From the NCBI GenBank assembly GCA_903913865.1, contig CAIWMU010000213.1, positions 26,854 through 90,853 on the forward strand: a stretch of 64,000 nucleotides of DNA, given 5' to 3'. Origin of the DNA: an uncultured Verrucomicrobia subdivision 3 bacterium. Its GTDB lineage: Bacteria; Verrucomicrobiota; Verrucomicrobiia; Limisphaerales; UBA8199. The position numbers and the translations under genes were made by a program. Below are positions 52,890 to 63,036 of the stretch, one piece after another. How positions within the stretch are numbered: the stretch's first letter is position 1; the number at the start of each line of letters is the position of its first letter. The notes below the pieces were generated by a model that saw nothing but the letters and a program-made list of their open reading frames with translations, did no database searches and was not told the DNA's origin.

Positions 52890-52926
52890 TTTACGCCCCG
52901 CCGTCGATCCAGTTACAATGGATCGA
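52890..52926 (+). promoter_or_regulatory. Candidate prfC promoter whose -10 element sits inside an 8-bp perfect inverted repeat.
   Basis: tcgatcca-gttacaa-tggatcga lies at 52904-52926. TACAAT is at 52914-52919 and TTACGC is about 17 nt upstream. The repeat ends 27 nt before the prfC ATG. Confidence 0.3.
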
Positions 52927-52952
52927 TGATTTGCGCCGAACATTTTTGATTT

Positions 52953-54563
52953 ATGGACCAGGAAATTTCCCGCAGGCGCACCTTTGCGATCATCTCCCAC
53001 CCGGACGCTGGCAAAACGACTCTCACCGAGAAGTTTCTTCTGTATGGTGGTGCTGTGCAACTGGCTGGATCCGTCACCGCGCGGAAAAACCAGCGGGCAA
53101 CCACCTCCGATTGGATGGAACTGGAGCGTCAGCGCGGGATTTCCGTCAGTTCCACCGTTCTCCAGTTCGATTACCGGGGTTTCTGTGTAAACCTGCTCGA
53201 CACGCCGGGTCACAAGGACTTTTCCGAGGACACCTACCGTGTTTTGACGGCGGTGGACTCTGCGGTGATGGTGATTGACGCAGGCAAGGGCATCGAAACC
53301 CAGACGAGGAAGCTTTTTGAGGTCTGCCGCCAGCGGGGGGTGCCGATTTTCACGTTCATGAACAAGATGGACCGGCCGGCCCGGGATCCATTGTCCCTTC
53401 TGGATGAGTTGGAGCGGGTCCTTGGCATCGCCGCATGCCCGATCAACTGGCCCCTGGGGGATGGGCCGGAGTTTCGGGGGGTCTATGATCGGCGGGCGAA
53501 TCTGGTGCATTTCTTTGAGCGTGTGCCCGGGGGGGAATACCGCGCCCCGGTTTCGGTGCATGGACTTGCAGATCCAGCTGTTCAGGAGCGGATGAACCCG
53601 GATGTTTACTCCCGGACGGTGGATGAGCTGGCAATGTTGGAAGGGGCAGGGGCAGCGTTTGACGCCGAGGCGATTCTCGCCGGGAAGCTCACTCCCGTCT
53701 TTTTTGGCAGTGCGGTGAACAATTTCGGTGTTCAACTGCTGCTGGACTCCTTCCTGGAAACGGCCCCTGCGCCCCGGGCCCGTATGGCTGGAGGAAAAGT
53801 GATTCCGACATCGGGAGCCGGTTTTTCAGGGTTTATTTTCAAAATCCAGGCCAACATGGACCCCAAACACCGGGACAGGCTGGCCTTTGTCCGGGTTTGC
53901 GCCGGCAAATTCGAGCGGGATATGAGCGTGGTCCACACCCGGACGGGCCGCAAACTGAGGCTCTCCAGTTCCCACAAGATATTCGGCCGGGACCGGGAGA
54001 CCATGGATGAGGCTTATCCGGGGGATGTTGTTGGGCTGGTGGGACATGCGGATTTCAGGATCGGGGATACCCTCGCAGAGGATCCAGGGCTCGTTTACAA
54101 GGAAATCCCCAGATTTACACCGGAATGTTTTGCCTGGTTGCAAAGTCCCAGCACAGCCCAATACAAGCGTTTTCGGGAGGGGTTGGACCAACTCCTGCAG
54201 GAGGGTGTGGTTCAGTCCTTCATGATCAAGGATTCCATGCAGCGTGTTCCCCTGCTCGGGGCGGTCGGTCCACTGCAGTTTGAGGTGGTCCAATATCGCA
54301 TGCAGACGGAATACGGTGCTGAATCACGGCTCGAAACGGCCGCATGGAAGGTCATCCGATGGGTCACCACGGCCGACGGAAGCCCGGTGGACGAAGCCAC
54401 CCTGCCAACCGGCGCCAGATTGGCGGTGGATGCGGCGGGGAATAATGTGATCCTGTTCAACGACCAGTGGAGCTATGAGTTCTTCGCCAGCCGTCATCCC
54501 AAGGTGCAGATGGTCGCGCTTCCGCCGGGATCTCAATTCCCCACGGACACTGCCGGGAGTTAG
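52953..54563 (+). CDS. prfC: Peptide chain release factor 3.
   Basis: Segments seen: RRRTFAIISHPDAGKTTLTEKFLLYGG, DTPGHKDF and NKMD, which are GTPase motifs G1-G4 in an RF3-specific context. Confidence 0.93.
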   Translation: MDQEISRRRTFAIISHPDAGKTTLTEKFLLYGGAVQLAGSVTARKNQRATTSDWMELERQRGISVSSTVLQFDYRGFCVNLLDTPGHKDFSEDTYRVLTAVDSAVMVIDAGKGIETQTRKLFEVCRQRGVPIFTFMNKMDRPARDPLSLLDELERVLGIAACPINWPLGDGPEFRGVYDRRANLVHFFERVPGGEYRAPVSVHGLADPAVQERMNPDVYSRTVDELAMLEGAGAAFDAEAILAGKLTPVFFGSAVNNFGVQLLLDSFLETAPAPRARMAGGKVIPTSGAGFSGFIFKIQANMDPKHRDRLAFVRVCAGKFERDMSVVHTRTGRKLRLSSSHKIFGRDRETMDEAYPGDVVGLVGHADFRIGDTLAEDPGLVYKEIPRFTPECFAWLQSPSTAQYKRFREGLDQLLQEGVVQSFMIKDSMQRVPLLGAVGPLQFEVVQYRMQTEYGAESRLETAAWKVIRWVTTADGSPVDEATLPTGARLAVDAAGNNVILFNDQWSYEFFASRHPKVQMVALPPGSQFPTDTAGS

Positions 54564-54667
54564 CCTCCAGATCCGGGTCGGTGGGTGATTGGGGGGCAGT
54601 AGTCCGCATTCTTGCGGTCAATCTGAGAATTTATGCCAACTTGACTCCGGTTCGCGTTTTTCTTCCA

Positions 54668-56101
54668 ATGCAGCCCATGATTTTTTTGGCTGCACACCGG
54701 GGCCTGCTGCGTTTTGCGCTGATGGCCATGCTTTTTTGCTGCTCATGGCATTCCGCCATGGGGGCTGATCCTGCCCCCACTCCATCCATTGAGGCCCGTT
54801 TGACCCAGCTGGAGGCCAAGCTTGCGGCGGCGGGCGGTTTGAATTCCGGGGATAACGCCTGGTTACTGGTCAGTTCGGCCCTTGTTCTGATGATGACCGC
54901 TCCCGGGTTGATCCTTTTCTACGGCGGGTTGGTTCGGCAGAAAAACGTCCTCGGGACGATGATGCACAGCCTGATTCTGATGGGGGTTGTCTCCCTGCTA
55001 TGGGTTTTATTTGGCTACAGCATGGCTTTCGGGGAGGGGAATGCCTTTGTGGGGAATCCGCTGCAGCATTTTCTCCTGCGGGGGGTGGGCAGTGCTCCCA
55101 ACATGGATTATGCCCCCACTGTTCCAGCGGAGACCTTCATGCTGTTCCAGATGATGTTCGCGATCATCACTCCCGCGTTGATCAGCGGGGCCGTGGCGGA
55201 GCGGATGAAGTTCAGTTCCTACCTGCTGTTCATAGTTCTCTGGGTGACGATTGTCTATTTCCCGATGGCCCACATGGTGTGGGGCAAGGGAGGGTATTTT
55301 AACTGGGCACTGGGCGGGAAGTCTCCGCTTCTCGATTTCGCGGGTGGCAGCGTGGTGCATATCAGTTCCGGTGTGTCGGCACTGGTTTGCGCCTTCGTGC
55401 TGGGGCACAGGCTGGGATATCCACGTGAACCGATGCCCCCCCACAACGTTGTGCTGAGCCTCATCGGAACGGGTCTTCTCTGGGTCGGTTGGTTCGGGTT
55501 CAATGCGGGCAGTGCGGTGAACGCGGGTGTCCTGGCGACGAGCGCGTTTGCCGCAACCCACTTCTCTGCAGCTGCCGCGGCGGTGAGCTGGGCCTTTTTC
55601 GAGTGGTTCCACAAGGGCAAGCCGAGCGTTCTTGGCGCTGCCTCCGGCATGGTGGCTGGATTGGCCACCATCACCCCGGCGGCTGGATTTGTCTCAATTC
55701 CCTCTGCAATTCTGATCGGTCTCTGCGCCGGTGGCGTTTGCTACTTTGCGGTGACGCACCTGAAAACGCGATTTGCCTATGATGATTCGCTGGATGTGTT
55801 TGGTGTCCATGGCATGGGGAGCACGCTGGGCATGTTGATGCTCGGGTTTCTTGCGAACGTGCAGGTGAATCCCGCGATTGCCTCCTGCGATGTGGGTGGA
55901 CATGCCATTTCCCTGGCAGGCGGCATGGGGCAGTTCCTCTTCCAGCTCAAGGGAGTCGTGTTCACAATGGTTTTTTCAGGAGTCGCCACATGGTTGCTGC
56001 TGAAGCTGGTGGACGCCCTGGTTGGGCTTCGTGTGACTGAGGATGATGAAACCCTCGGGTTGGATCTCTCGCAGCACGGGGAGAGCGCCTATAATGATTG
56101 A
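54668..56101 (+). CDS. amtB: Ammonium transporter.
   Basis: A signal-like N-terminus is followed by Amt signatures: AWLLVSSALVLMMTAPGLILFYGG, DFAGGSVVHISSG and DDSLDVFGVHGMGS. I place the start at the ATG at 54668. Confidence 0.9.
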   Translation: MQPMIFLAAHRGLLRFALMAMLFCCSWHSAMGADPAPTPSIEARLTQLEAKLAAAGGLNSGDNAWLLVSSALVLMMTAPGLILFYGGLVRQKNVLGTMMHSLILMGVVSLLWVLFGYSMAFGEGNAFVGNPLQHFLLRGVGSAPNMDYAPTVPAETFMLFQMMFAIITPALISGAVAERMKFSSYLLFIVLWVTIVYFPMAHMVWGKGGYFNWALGGKSPLLDFAGGSVVHISSGVSALVCAFVLGHRLGYPREPMPPHNVVLSLIGTGLLWVGWFGFNAGSAVNAGVLATSAFAATHFSAAAAAVSWAFFEWFHKGKPSVLGAASGMVAGLATITPAAGFVSIPSAILIGLCAGGVCYFAVTHLKTRFAYDDSLDVFGVHGMGSTLGMLMLGFLANVQVNPAIASCDVGGHAISLAGGMGQFLFQLKGVVFTMVFSGVATWLLLKLVDALVGLRVTEDDETLGLDLSQHGESAYND

Positions 56102-56244
56102 TTCAGAATGGAGGGAACATCCCTCCCGGTCGGGTCAGGCACCGTCTGCAAGGGTGGAGCCCTGTCCAAAAAACCGCGATGCTGGACTGGTCCAGCCAAG
56201 ATGAGGCTTGCGCCTCCGGTTCGGTTCTCCTAAAAGAAATCGCG

Positions 56245-57258
56245 ATGCGGCAAAAATCAACCAGCAAAACCCCGGGTCCCGTGAAGGGAACGGATCAAAC
56301 ATCCCAGCGTGCGGCCACCGGGGCGCCTGCAACAACAAAGGGCGGATCCGATGCGTCAACACCCGGCGGCAACGGGTTCGATGTGGGGATGTTTTTGGCC
56401 GACAGCACCGCCGCTGTCAATGAGGCGCTCGACCGTTTTCTGCCCAAGGCCTCGGTGAAGCCTGCGACGATGCACAAGGCCATGCGCTACTCGCTTTTTG
56501 CGGGAGGCAAGCGGATGCGTCCCGCCCTGTGCCTGGCTGCGGCCCAGGCCTGCGGGGGAACCTTCGAGAGTGCGATGCCCCTGGCTTGTGCGGTGGAGTG
56601 CATCCACACCTATTCCCTCGTGCACGATGATCTTCCGGCGATGGACAACGACGATTACCGTCGCGGGAAGCTGACCAGCCACAAGGTGTTTGGCGAGGGA
56701 ATCGCCGTGCTGGCGGGAGATGCGCTGCTGACCCAGGCTTTTGAGATCGCCGCCCAATGTGACGGCTGGAAACGCTACACGCATCAGGACATCGTTCTGG
56801 AAATCGCCAAGGCATCCGGCTCGCTCCAACTGATCGCCGGTCAGGTGGCCGATCTGGAAGGGGAGGGCAAATCCCTTTCCGCGAGCCAGCTGCGCTACAT
56901 CCACGAACGGAAAACCTCCGCGCTGCTCTGCTGTTCCGTGCGGCTGGGGGGGATGAGCGCCAACTGCAGCCCGGCCGAGCTCGAGGCGCTGACCCGGTTT
57001 GGCTACAATGTGGGTTTGGCGTTTCAGGTCATCGACGACATCCTGGATGTCACCCAGACGAGCGAGAAGCTTGGCAAGACCGCGGGGAAGGACATCAAGG
57101 CGGGTAAAGCCACCTATCCCGCCATCGTGGGCCTTGAACGCTCCAGGAAAATTGCGGAAAAGCTGACCAGCGAGGCCTTTGCCGCCCTCAAACCGTTCAA
57201 GGGCCGCGCCGGGGCGTTGAATGGTCTGGCCCAGTTTCTACTGCAGCGCGACCGCTAG
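56245..57258 (+). CDS. Polyprenyl diphosphate synthase (FPP/GGPP synthase, IspA-like).
   Basis: The first Asp-rich motif is LVHDDLPAMDNDDYRRGK and the second is QVIDDILD. The start is uncertain: ATG 56245 gives a 50-aa S/T/G/P-rich extension, and ATG 56389 gives a canonical length. Confidence 0.85.
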   Translation: MRQKSTSKTPGPVKGTDQTSQRAATGAPATTKGGSDASTPGGNGFDVGMFLADSTAAVNEALDRFLPKASVKPATMHKAMRYSLFAGGKRMRPALCLAAAQACGGTFESAMPLACAVECIHTYSLVHDDLPAMDNDDYRRGKLTSHKVFGEGIAVLAGDALLTQAFEIAAQCDGWKRYTHQDIVLEIAKASGSLQLIAGQVADLEGEGKSLSASQLRYIHERKTSALLCCSVRLGGMSANCSPAELEALTRFGYNVGLAFQVIDDILDVTQTSEKLGKTAGKDIKAGKATYPAIVGLERSRKIAEKLTSEAFAALKPFKGRAGALNGLAQFLLQRDR

Positions 57259-57270
57259 CAGATTGTCCCT

Positions 57271-58239
57271 GTGTCCCAACCATTGCCCAGCGTCACAGTG
57301 CTCATCGCCGCCCGTCCTGGCCAGCAGGATGTGAAGGCGGTGGAGGCGGCCCGCAGGCTGGATTATCCGGCCGGGCTGCTGGAGATCATCGTGGCGCGGG
57401 GTCGTCAACCCTCGGTGCAGCGCAACACCGGGATGCGGGCCGCCCGGGGGGACATCATTTACTTTCTGGACGATGATTCCGTCCCCCCGCCATCCAATCT
57501 GTTGCGCATGGCGAGCCATTTTCGGGATACCAATATCCAGATGGTTGGGGGACCCAATGTGTGCCCGCCGGATGCCCCGTGGCTGGAGCAGGTCTTCGCG
57601 TTGGTGCTGGGGTGCTGGCTTGCGTTCGGACCCAGCAGGGCCCGTTACACTCCGGTCGGCATCGTCCGGCCCTCAAGCGAAAAGGAATTGATCCTGTGCA
57701 ACCTGGCCGCGCGCCGGTTGCCGATGCTGGATCTGGGCGGATTCAACGAGGCCCTTTATCCCAACGAGGAAAATGCCCTCATGGATGAGCTGCAGAAAAA
57801 GGGTGGAATTCTCCTCTACGATCCGCAATTTGCCGTGCATAGGCGTCCGCGACCGAGTCTGCGGGCCTTTATGAAGATGCTCATGACCTATGGCCGGGGT
57901 CGGGCTGAACAGTTCCGTTTGCATCCCACCCCCGGATCGAGTCTCAACTTCGTTCCACCGCTGTTCTGCATTTACCTCCTCATACTGTTCCTGACCCCCT
58001 GGGCGGGATTGTGGCTGCTGGCACCGCTGGGGTTGTATGCGATGGCGGTTCTGGGGCAGACGCTGGCGATGTGTTCATCAGGGGGCGTTGCCCGGAGCCT
58101 GGGGGCGCTGCCACTCATTGTGGTGACGCACATTTTTTACGGGATCGGTTTTTGGCGCGGCTTGTTCACCGAACTGAAGGCACCCGGCAAATCTGAAGTG
58201 CCGGTGGAGCTGGAACATCCGCCAGTGAAAGGGGAATGA
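57271..58239 (+). CDS. Family 2 glycosyltransferase with C-terminal TM helices.
   Basis: VTVLIAARP.., QRNTGM and YFLDDDS (the DxD motif) are present, followed by hydrophobic C-terminal helices. Confidence 0.75.
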   Translation: MSQPLPSVTVLIAARPGQQDVKAVEAARRLDYPAGLLEIIVARGRQPSVQRNTGMRAARGDIIYFLDDDSVPPPSNLLRMASHFRDTNIQMVGGPNVCPPDAPWLEQVFALVLGCWLAFGPSRARYTPVGIVRPSSEKELILCNLAARRLPMLDLGGFNEALYPNEENALMDELQKKGGILLYDPQFAVHRRPRPSLRAFMKMLMTYGRGRAEQFRLHPTPGSSLNFVPPLFCIYLLILFLTPWAGLWLLAPLGLYAMAVLGQTLAMCSSGGVARSLGALPLIVVTHIFYGIGFWRGLFTELKAPGKSEVPVELEHPPVKGE

Positions 58240-61200
58240 TGCACGAGACCACTGTTTGGAGGCAGGCGCTGGCGGCCGCCGCAGATCCCGTCCGTTCGCG
58301 GAAGTATCTGGATTTGCTGTCCGGCACCTCTGCCGGCCCGGTGCTGGAAGGCTTTCAAGCGGAGAGCGCACGGGTGCTTTGCGCCCTGTTCAGCGGCTCC
58401 CAGTCGTTGAGCACCTTCCTGATCCGGCAGCCGGAACTGCTTGCGATACTGGATCCGGAAAAGCTGATGTATCCCCGGAGGAAGGAGGGCATTCTTCGCG
58501 AGGTCGGGACCTGGCTTGAGCCCATGATCACGGCAAAGGATTATGCCGCCGCCTTCCGCCGGGTGCGTGCTTTGAAGCAGGTCGAGATGTTGCGGATTGC
58601 CGCAAGGGATCTGGCGCGATTTGGCAAGGTGCCGGAGTTGACCCGTGAACTCTCCGATCTGGCCGATGTCAGTCTCGGTGCCACATGGCGGCTCTGCCTT
58701 GCGCAGCATCAGGACCGGCACGGGTTTCCCTGGCAGCCCAATCCCCAAAAGGAGGGCACCTGGGAGCCGACACGCGCGTGTGTGCTGGGCATGGGGAAAC
58801 TGGGGGGGCAGGAACTCAACTACAGCTCGGATGTGGACGTGCTCTTCGTCTATGGGGCTGAGGGGAGTGTGTTCAAGGAACCGCCGGGGCGTGGAAAGAC
58901 CCCGCGTGCGGTGATGAGCAATCACCAGTTCTTCAACCGTGTGGCGGAGTCATTCATCGCCGAGGTGGGCCGGACCGCTCCCGAGGGGATGCTATACCGG
59001 ATTGATCTGCGGCTCCGTCCGGAGGGTGACAGCGGTCCCTTGAGCCGCTCCCTTGAGAGCTACGAAAACTATTACTCGCAATGGGGGCAGACCTGGGAGC
59101 GGATGATGCTCATCAAGACCCGGGGCGTTGCGGGGGATGATCCGGTGGCAGCGGAGTTTCTGGAAATGATCCAGCCGTTCCGTTACCCGAGGGCGATGAA
59201 CGAGGGGGTTCTGCACGAGGTCGCCGCCATGAAGGACCGCATTGAGCGGGAGGTCATCCGCAGCGGGGAGATCGACACCAACGTGAAGCTGGGGCGGGGC
59301 GGCATTCGCGAAGTGGAGTTCATTGCGCAGTCCCTGCAACTGCTCCATGCCGGGCGCCAGCCGTTTTTACAGGGCTCCCAGACCCTTCCATGCCTCGGGA
59401 AGCTGATCCAATACGAACTGCTGGATCGCGAGGAATCGAGAATGATGGCGGAGGCCTACGTCTTTCTGCGGGATGTCGAGCACCGGTTGCAGATGGAGGA
59501 CAACCTGCAGACGCACACCATCCCGGCAAATCGCATGACGCAGGAGCGGCTGGCCCGGTTGATGGGGTTTGCAAAACTTTCCGAGTTCGATTCCGCCCGC
59601 AAAAAACTCAGTGGCAATGTGCGGCGTATTTTTGAAAAACTGCTCAAGCCGGGCGGGGGAGAGGCTGGGGCGGTCTCAGCCCTGCCCCGTCAGTTTGACG
59701 GGGAGGATGCCGCGTGGGGGCTGGTTTTGGACCGGCATGGGTTTCGGGATCGGGAAAAGGCAATCCGTGTGCTGCGGGAATTTGTTGAAGGGCCCGGGTA
59801 TGTCCATGTTTCCCAGCGCACGAGCGGGCTGGCGTTGGCGCTGCTGCCGCGCCTGTTCGCGCTGTGTCCCCAACCGGCAGGAGGACCGGCTGTCACGCCC
59901 GCCCCGGAGGCGGGCCCGGGAACCCTTTCCGATCCCGACCGGGTCCTGATGCGGCTGGATAATTTCATCACCGCCTACGGAGCGCGCGGCACCCTGTTTG
60001 AACTGTGGCACTCCAATCCGACCATTTTCGAACTCCTGGTCATCCTCTTTGATCGCTCGGAGTTCCTCGCTGAACTGGCAATCCGCACCCCGGACCTTGT
60101 TGATGAACTGGTGATCAGCGGGAGGTTGCGGCAGCGCAAGACTGCGGCGGAGACCCTGCGGGATCTGCGCCATGGAATCGCCGACGCCGACCAGCATCTT
60201 TGGCTTCGCAAATACCATCAGGCCGAGCTGATGCGCATCGGGCTCCGGGACATTCTGGGTCTCGCGGAGTCCGACCAGTATCTGACTGAACTTTCCGCCC
60301 TGGCCGATGCCTGCCTCCAATATGCGGTGGAGGTTGTGATGCGGAAGCACAAGCTCAAGAAACCGCCCTTTGCCATCATCGGGTTGGGCAAACTGGGAGG
60401 GGCCGAGATCGATTACGGTTCCGATCTGGACATCCTTTTTGTGGCCGACTCGAAGGCGAAGGATCTGCGGCGCAATTCCAGGTTCGCGGTGGAGGTCATG
60501 GAGATCATTTCCACCCGCACAGAGAGCGGGATGACCTTCCAGACGGATGCGCGTTTGCGACCGGATGGTGAGAAGGGAATTCTGGTCAACACCCTCAAAG
60601 CCTACGAGGAATACTACCGCCAGCGGGCGCTGTTGTGGGAATTGCAATCGCTCACCCGCACCCGGTTTGTGGCCGGGGATGAGGCAACCGGGGCGAGCTT
60701 TCAGGCACTGGCAGCCAGCCTGACCGATTTCCGCAAACCGGAATGTCCGCCCGCGGCATTTGTCCCTGAGTGGAAATCGCAAATCCACCGGATGCGCATG
60801 CGGATCGAGAAGGAGCGCACCCCGCAGGGGCGTGAAGCCCTGGCCATCAAGACCGGTGCCGGAGGATTGGTGGATGCGGAGTTCCTGGCACAGGCGGTCT
60901 GCCTGGCGCATGGTTGGCAGGAGGCCAACACCCTCGCCGCCCTGCTGCGCGCCGAGCGGGAGGGACTCGTGGCGGATGCCGGGCCGTTGATCGCCAATTA
61001 CCGGATCATCAGGAGGGTGGAGGGGATCCTGCGCCGGTGGAGCTACGAGGGGGAGACCGTCCTGCCGGAGGATCCCGCCCCCTTTTACCGGGTGGCTGTG
61101 CGTTGCGGTTGCCCCTCCGCCGGGGAGTTTCGCGAGTCGGTGGCGACCGCCCGGGCCCGCGTCCGGGAGGCGTATCTCAAGTTTTTCCAGCCACCTGATG

Positions 61201-61256
61201 CGCCTGTTCCGCCGCAACGCCGGTCCGCTGGTGGTGGTGCGAAGGCTCAGTCCTGA
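58236..61256 (+). CDS. glnE: Bifunctional glutamine synthetase adenylyltransferase / adenylyl-removing enzyme.
   Basis: It has two nucleotidyltransferase modules: GMGKLGGQELNYSSDVDVLFVY..RIDLRLRPEG and GLGKLGGAEIDYGSDLDILFV..QTDARLRPDG. Confidence 0.9.
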   Translation: MMHETTVWRQALAAAADPVRSRKYLDLLSGTSAGPVLEGFQAESARVLCALFSGSQSLSTFLIRQPELLAILDPEKLMYPRRKEGILREVGTWLEPMITAKDYAAAFRRVRALKQVEMLRIAARDLARFGKVPELTRELSDLADVSLGATWRLCLAQHQDRHGFPWQPNPQKEGTWEPTRACVLGMGKLGGQELNYSSDVDVLFVYGAEGSVFKEPPGRGKTPRAVMSNHQFFNRVAESFIAEVGRTAPEGMLYRIDLRLRPEGDSGPLSRSLESYENYYSQWGQTWERMMLIKTRGVAGDDPVAAEFLEMIQPFRYPRAMNEGVLHEVAAMKDRIEREVIRSGEIDTNVKLGRGGIREVEFIAQSLQLLHAGRQPFLQGSQTLPCLGKLIQYELLDREESRMMAEAYVFLRDVEHRLQMEDNLQTHTIPANRMTQERLARLMGFAKLSEFDSARKKLSGNVRRIFEKLLKPGGGEAGAVSALPRQFDGEDAAWGLVLDRHGFRDREKAIRVLREFVEGPGYVHVSQRTSGLALALLPRLFALCPQPAGGPAVTPAPEAGPGTLSDPDRVLMRLDNFITAYGARGTLFELWHSNPTIFELLVILFDRSEFLAELAIRTPDLVDELVISGRLRQRKTAAETLRDLRHGIADADQHLWLRKYHQAELMRIGLRDILGLAESDQYLTELSALADACLQYAVEVVMRKHKLKKPPFAIIGLGKLGGAEIDYGSDLDILFVADSKAKDLRRNSRFAVEVMEIISTRTESGMTFQTDARLRPDGEKGILVNTLKAYEEYYRQRALLWELQSLTRTRFVAGDEATGASFQALAASLTDFRKPECPPAAFVPEWKSQIHRMRMRIEKERTPQGREALAIKTGAGGLVDAEFLAQAVCLAHGWQEANTLAALLRAEREGLVADAGPLIANYRIIRRVEGILRRWSYEGETVLPEDPAPFYRVAVRCGCPSAGEFRESVATARARVREAYLKFFQPPDAPVPPQRRSAGGGAKAQS

Positions 61257-62128
61257 AACTGGAGCCAGACGGTCAGGGGAAAGTGGTCGCTCGGGAATTT
61301 CCCATCCTGTGAGAAGGTCCCGATCTCGGTTTTGTCCACCTGGAACTTCCCACGGGTGAGGATCCAGTCGATCCGATCCCCATCCTTGGGCATCTCCTTG
61401 AATCCGTTGAAAGTGCCCATGCCGCGCCCGATGACTTCCTTTGCCTTGTCCCAGCTGTCGGTCAGGAAGCCGCCCCGGGTCAGGATCTCGTGGGATTTGT
61501 TTTCGTAACCGGCATTGAAGTCACCTGTCAGGATGATCGGGAGTTCCGGCTTGAGGGCCTCCATCCGGTTTCGGACCAGTTCAGCGCTCTTCTCGCGTGC
61601 GAACTGGATTTCGTGATCGAAGTGGGTGTTGAAATGGTAGAAATCCTTCCCCGTGACGGTGTCATGGAAGCGCACCCAGGTGACCATGCGCCGGTTGCTG
61701 TTGCCCCAGGTGGTGGATGCGGGGACCTCCGGCGTGTCGGACAGCCAGAAATGGTTTGTGGAAAGGGGTTGCAGGCGGGAGGCGCGGTAGTAAATCGCCA
61801 TGAACTCACCCTTGTTGCCCCCGTCACGACCCGTGCCGATCCACTTGTAGCCCGGGAGGTCCGAGGCGAGTTCCTGCAACTGTGCGTGGAGTCCCTCCTG
61901 CGTGCCGAACAGGTCCGGGTTGGTGGTTTGGATGAGCTTCTGCATCAAGGGCCGCCGCTGGGGCCAGGCATTTGGCGGGGTGACACTCGCATACTTGAGA
62001 TTGTAGGTCATGACCCGCAGGGTCTTGTCCGGCGTCTGGGCCCGGGCGGAGCCCAGCAGGATGGAGACTGTGAGGATTGCGGCGCAAATGCGCAAGGCGG
62101 CCTGTTGTATGGATTGTGGGGGTGTCAT
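61247..62128 (-). CDS. Exported endonuclease/exonuclease/phosphatase (EEP) family protein.
   Basis: A signal peptide is followed by LRVMTYNLKY, FGTQEG and the C-terminal SDHFPL. Confidence 0.8.
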   Translation of the reverse strand: MTPPQSIQQAALRICAAILTVSILLGSARAQTPDKTLRVMTYNLKYASVTPPNAWPQRRPLMQKLIQTTNPDLFGTQEGLHAQLQELASDLPGYKWIGTGRDGGNKGEFMAIYYRASRLQPLSTNHFWLSDTPEVPASTTWGNSNRRMVTWVRFHDTVTGKDFYHFNTHFDHEIQFAREKSAELVRNRMEALKPELPIILTGDFNAGYENKSHEILTRGGFLTDSWDKAKEVIGRGMGTFNGFKEMPKDGDRIDWILTRGKFQVDKTEIGTFSQDGKFPSDHFPLTVWLQFQD

Positions 62129-63024
62129 GGGTGGTGGGGGTTTTGGTTCGGTTTTTCACCGGTGGACGGATTGGCTGCGGGGGATGCTTCGTCGGAAAGG
62201 TTGGCCGGTTGCAGTTTTCCACGTTGCCGCGCGGCTTCGTAGAAAAAGGCGGTGGCTGCCGTGGCGACATTCAGCGAGTCCACGCCATCCGCCATCGGAA
62301 TGGCGACGGCATCACAGCAGAAGTTGAGTGCCTCCCGCGTCAGCCCGTAACCCTCGCTTCCGAAGACGATGCAGCAATCACGATCGAGTGCAGCCATGGG
62401 GAGGGTCCGGCCGGAAACATGGGGATGGGCGGCAACGCAGGAGATGCCAGCCGCTTTGAGTGCCTGCAGGCTGGAGATAAGCGATCCGCTCTCAATGATG
62501 GGCATCTTGAACACCGCCCCCATCGAACTGCGCACCGCACGGCGCAGGTACGCGCTGGTGCTCGTCTCCCCGACAACGAGTCCCTGAACACCGAAGGCGG
62601 CTGCGCTGCGGATGATGGAGCCCAGATTGTCCGCGTTGGTCAACCCTTCGGCGGCAGCCAGAAGCCAGGGCCTTGGATTTGCGGCGAGGATCGAATCGAT
62701 CGTCGCCTCCGGCGGAACTCTGGCGATGCCCAGAACCCCCTGGTACATGGAATAGCCGGTCAGGGTTTCGAGCAGTTTTTTTTCCGCAATGAAGACCTGG
62801 ACCATCTCCCGGCGGTTGGCCACCAGCGGGCGGAATTCCTGAAACCACTTTTCAGGCAGAAGCAGGGACACCACCTCCAGGTGGCTTTCCAGAAGCCTCT
62901 GGACGACCTTGTCCCCCTCCGCCACGAAGATGCCTTCGCGGCGGTGGTCCATTTGGCGGCGCAGGGTCCGGTAGGGCTGCAGCTCCGGCAGATCCAGGGA
63001 ATCGATCGTCCTCAGTTGCAGCAT
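62125..63024 (-). CDS. TrmH/SpoU-family RNA 2'-O-methyltransferase.
   Basis: Segments seen: NLGSIIRSAAAFG, IVFGSEGYGL and IPMADGVDSLNVATAA, which are SPOUT motifs 1-3. Confidence 0.85.
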   Translation of the reverse strand: MLQLRTIDSLDLPELQPYRTLRRQMDHRREGIFVAEGDKVVQRLLESHLEVVSLLLPEKWFQEFRPLVANRREMVQVFIAEKKLLETLTGYSMYQGVLGIARVPPEATIDSILAANPRPWLLAAAEGLTNADNLGSIIRSAAAFGVQGLVVGETSTSAYLRRAVRSSMGAVFKMPIIESGSLISSLQALKAAGISCVAAHPHVSGRTLPMAALDRDCCIVFGSEGYGLTREALNFCCDAVAIPMADGVDSLNVATAATAFFYEAARQRGKLQPANLSDEASPAANPSTGEKPNQNPHHP

Positions 63025-63036
63025 GTGCGGGCGGGG

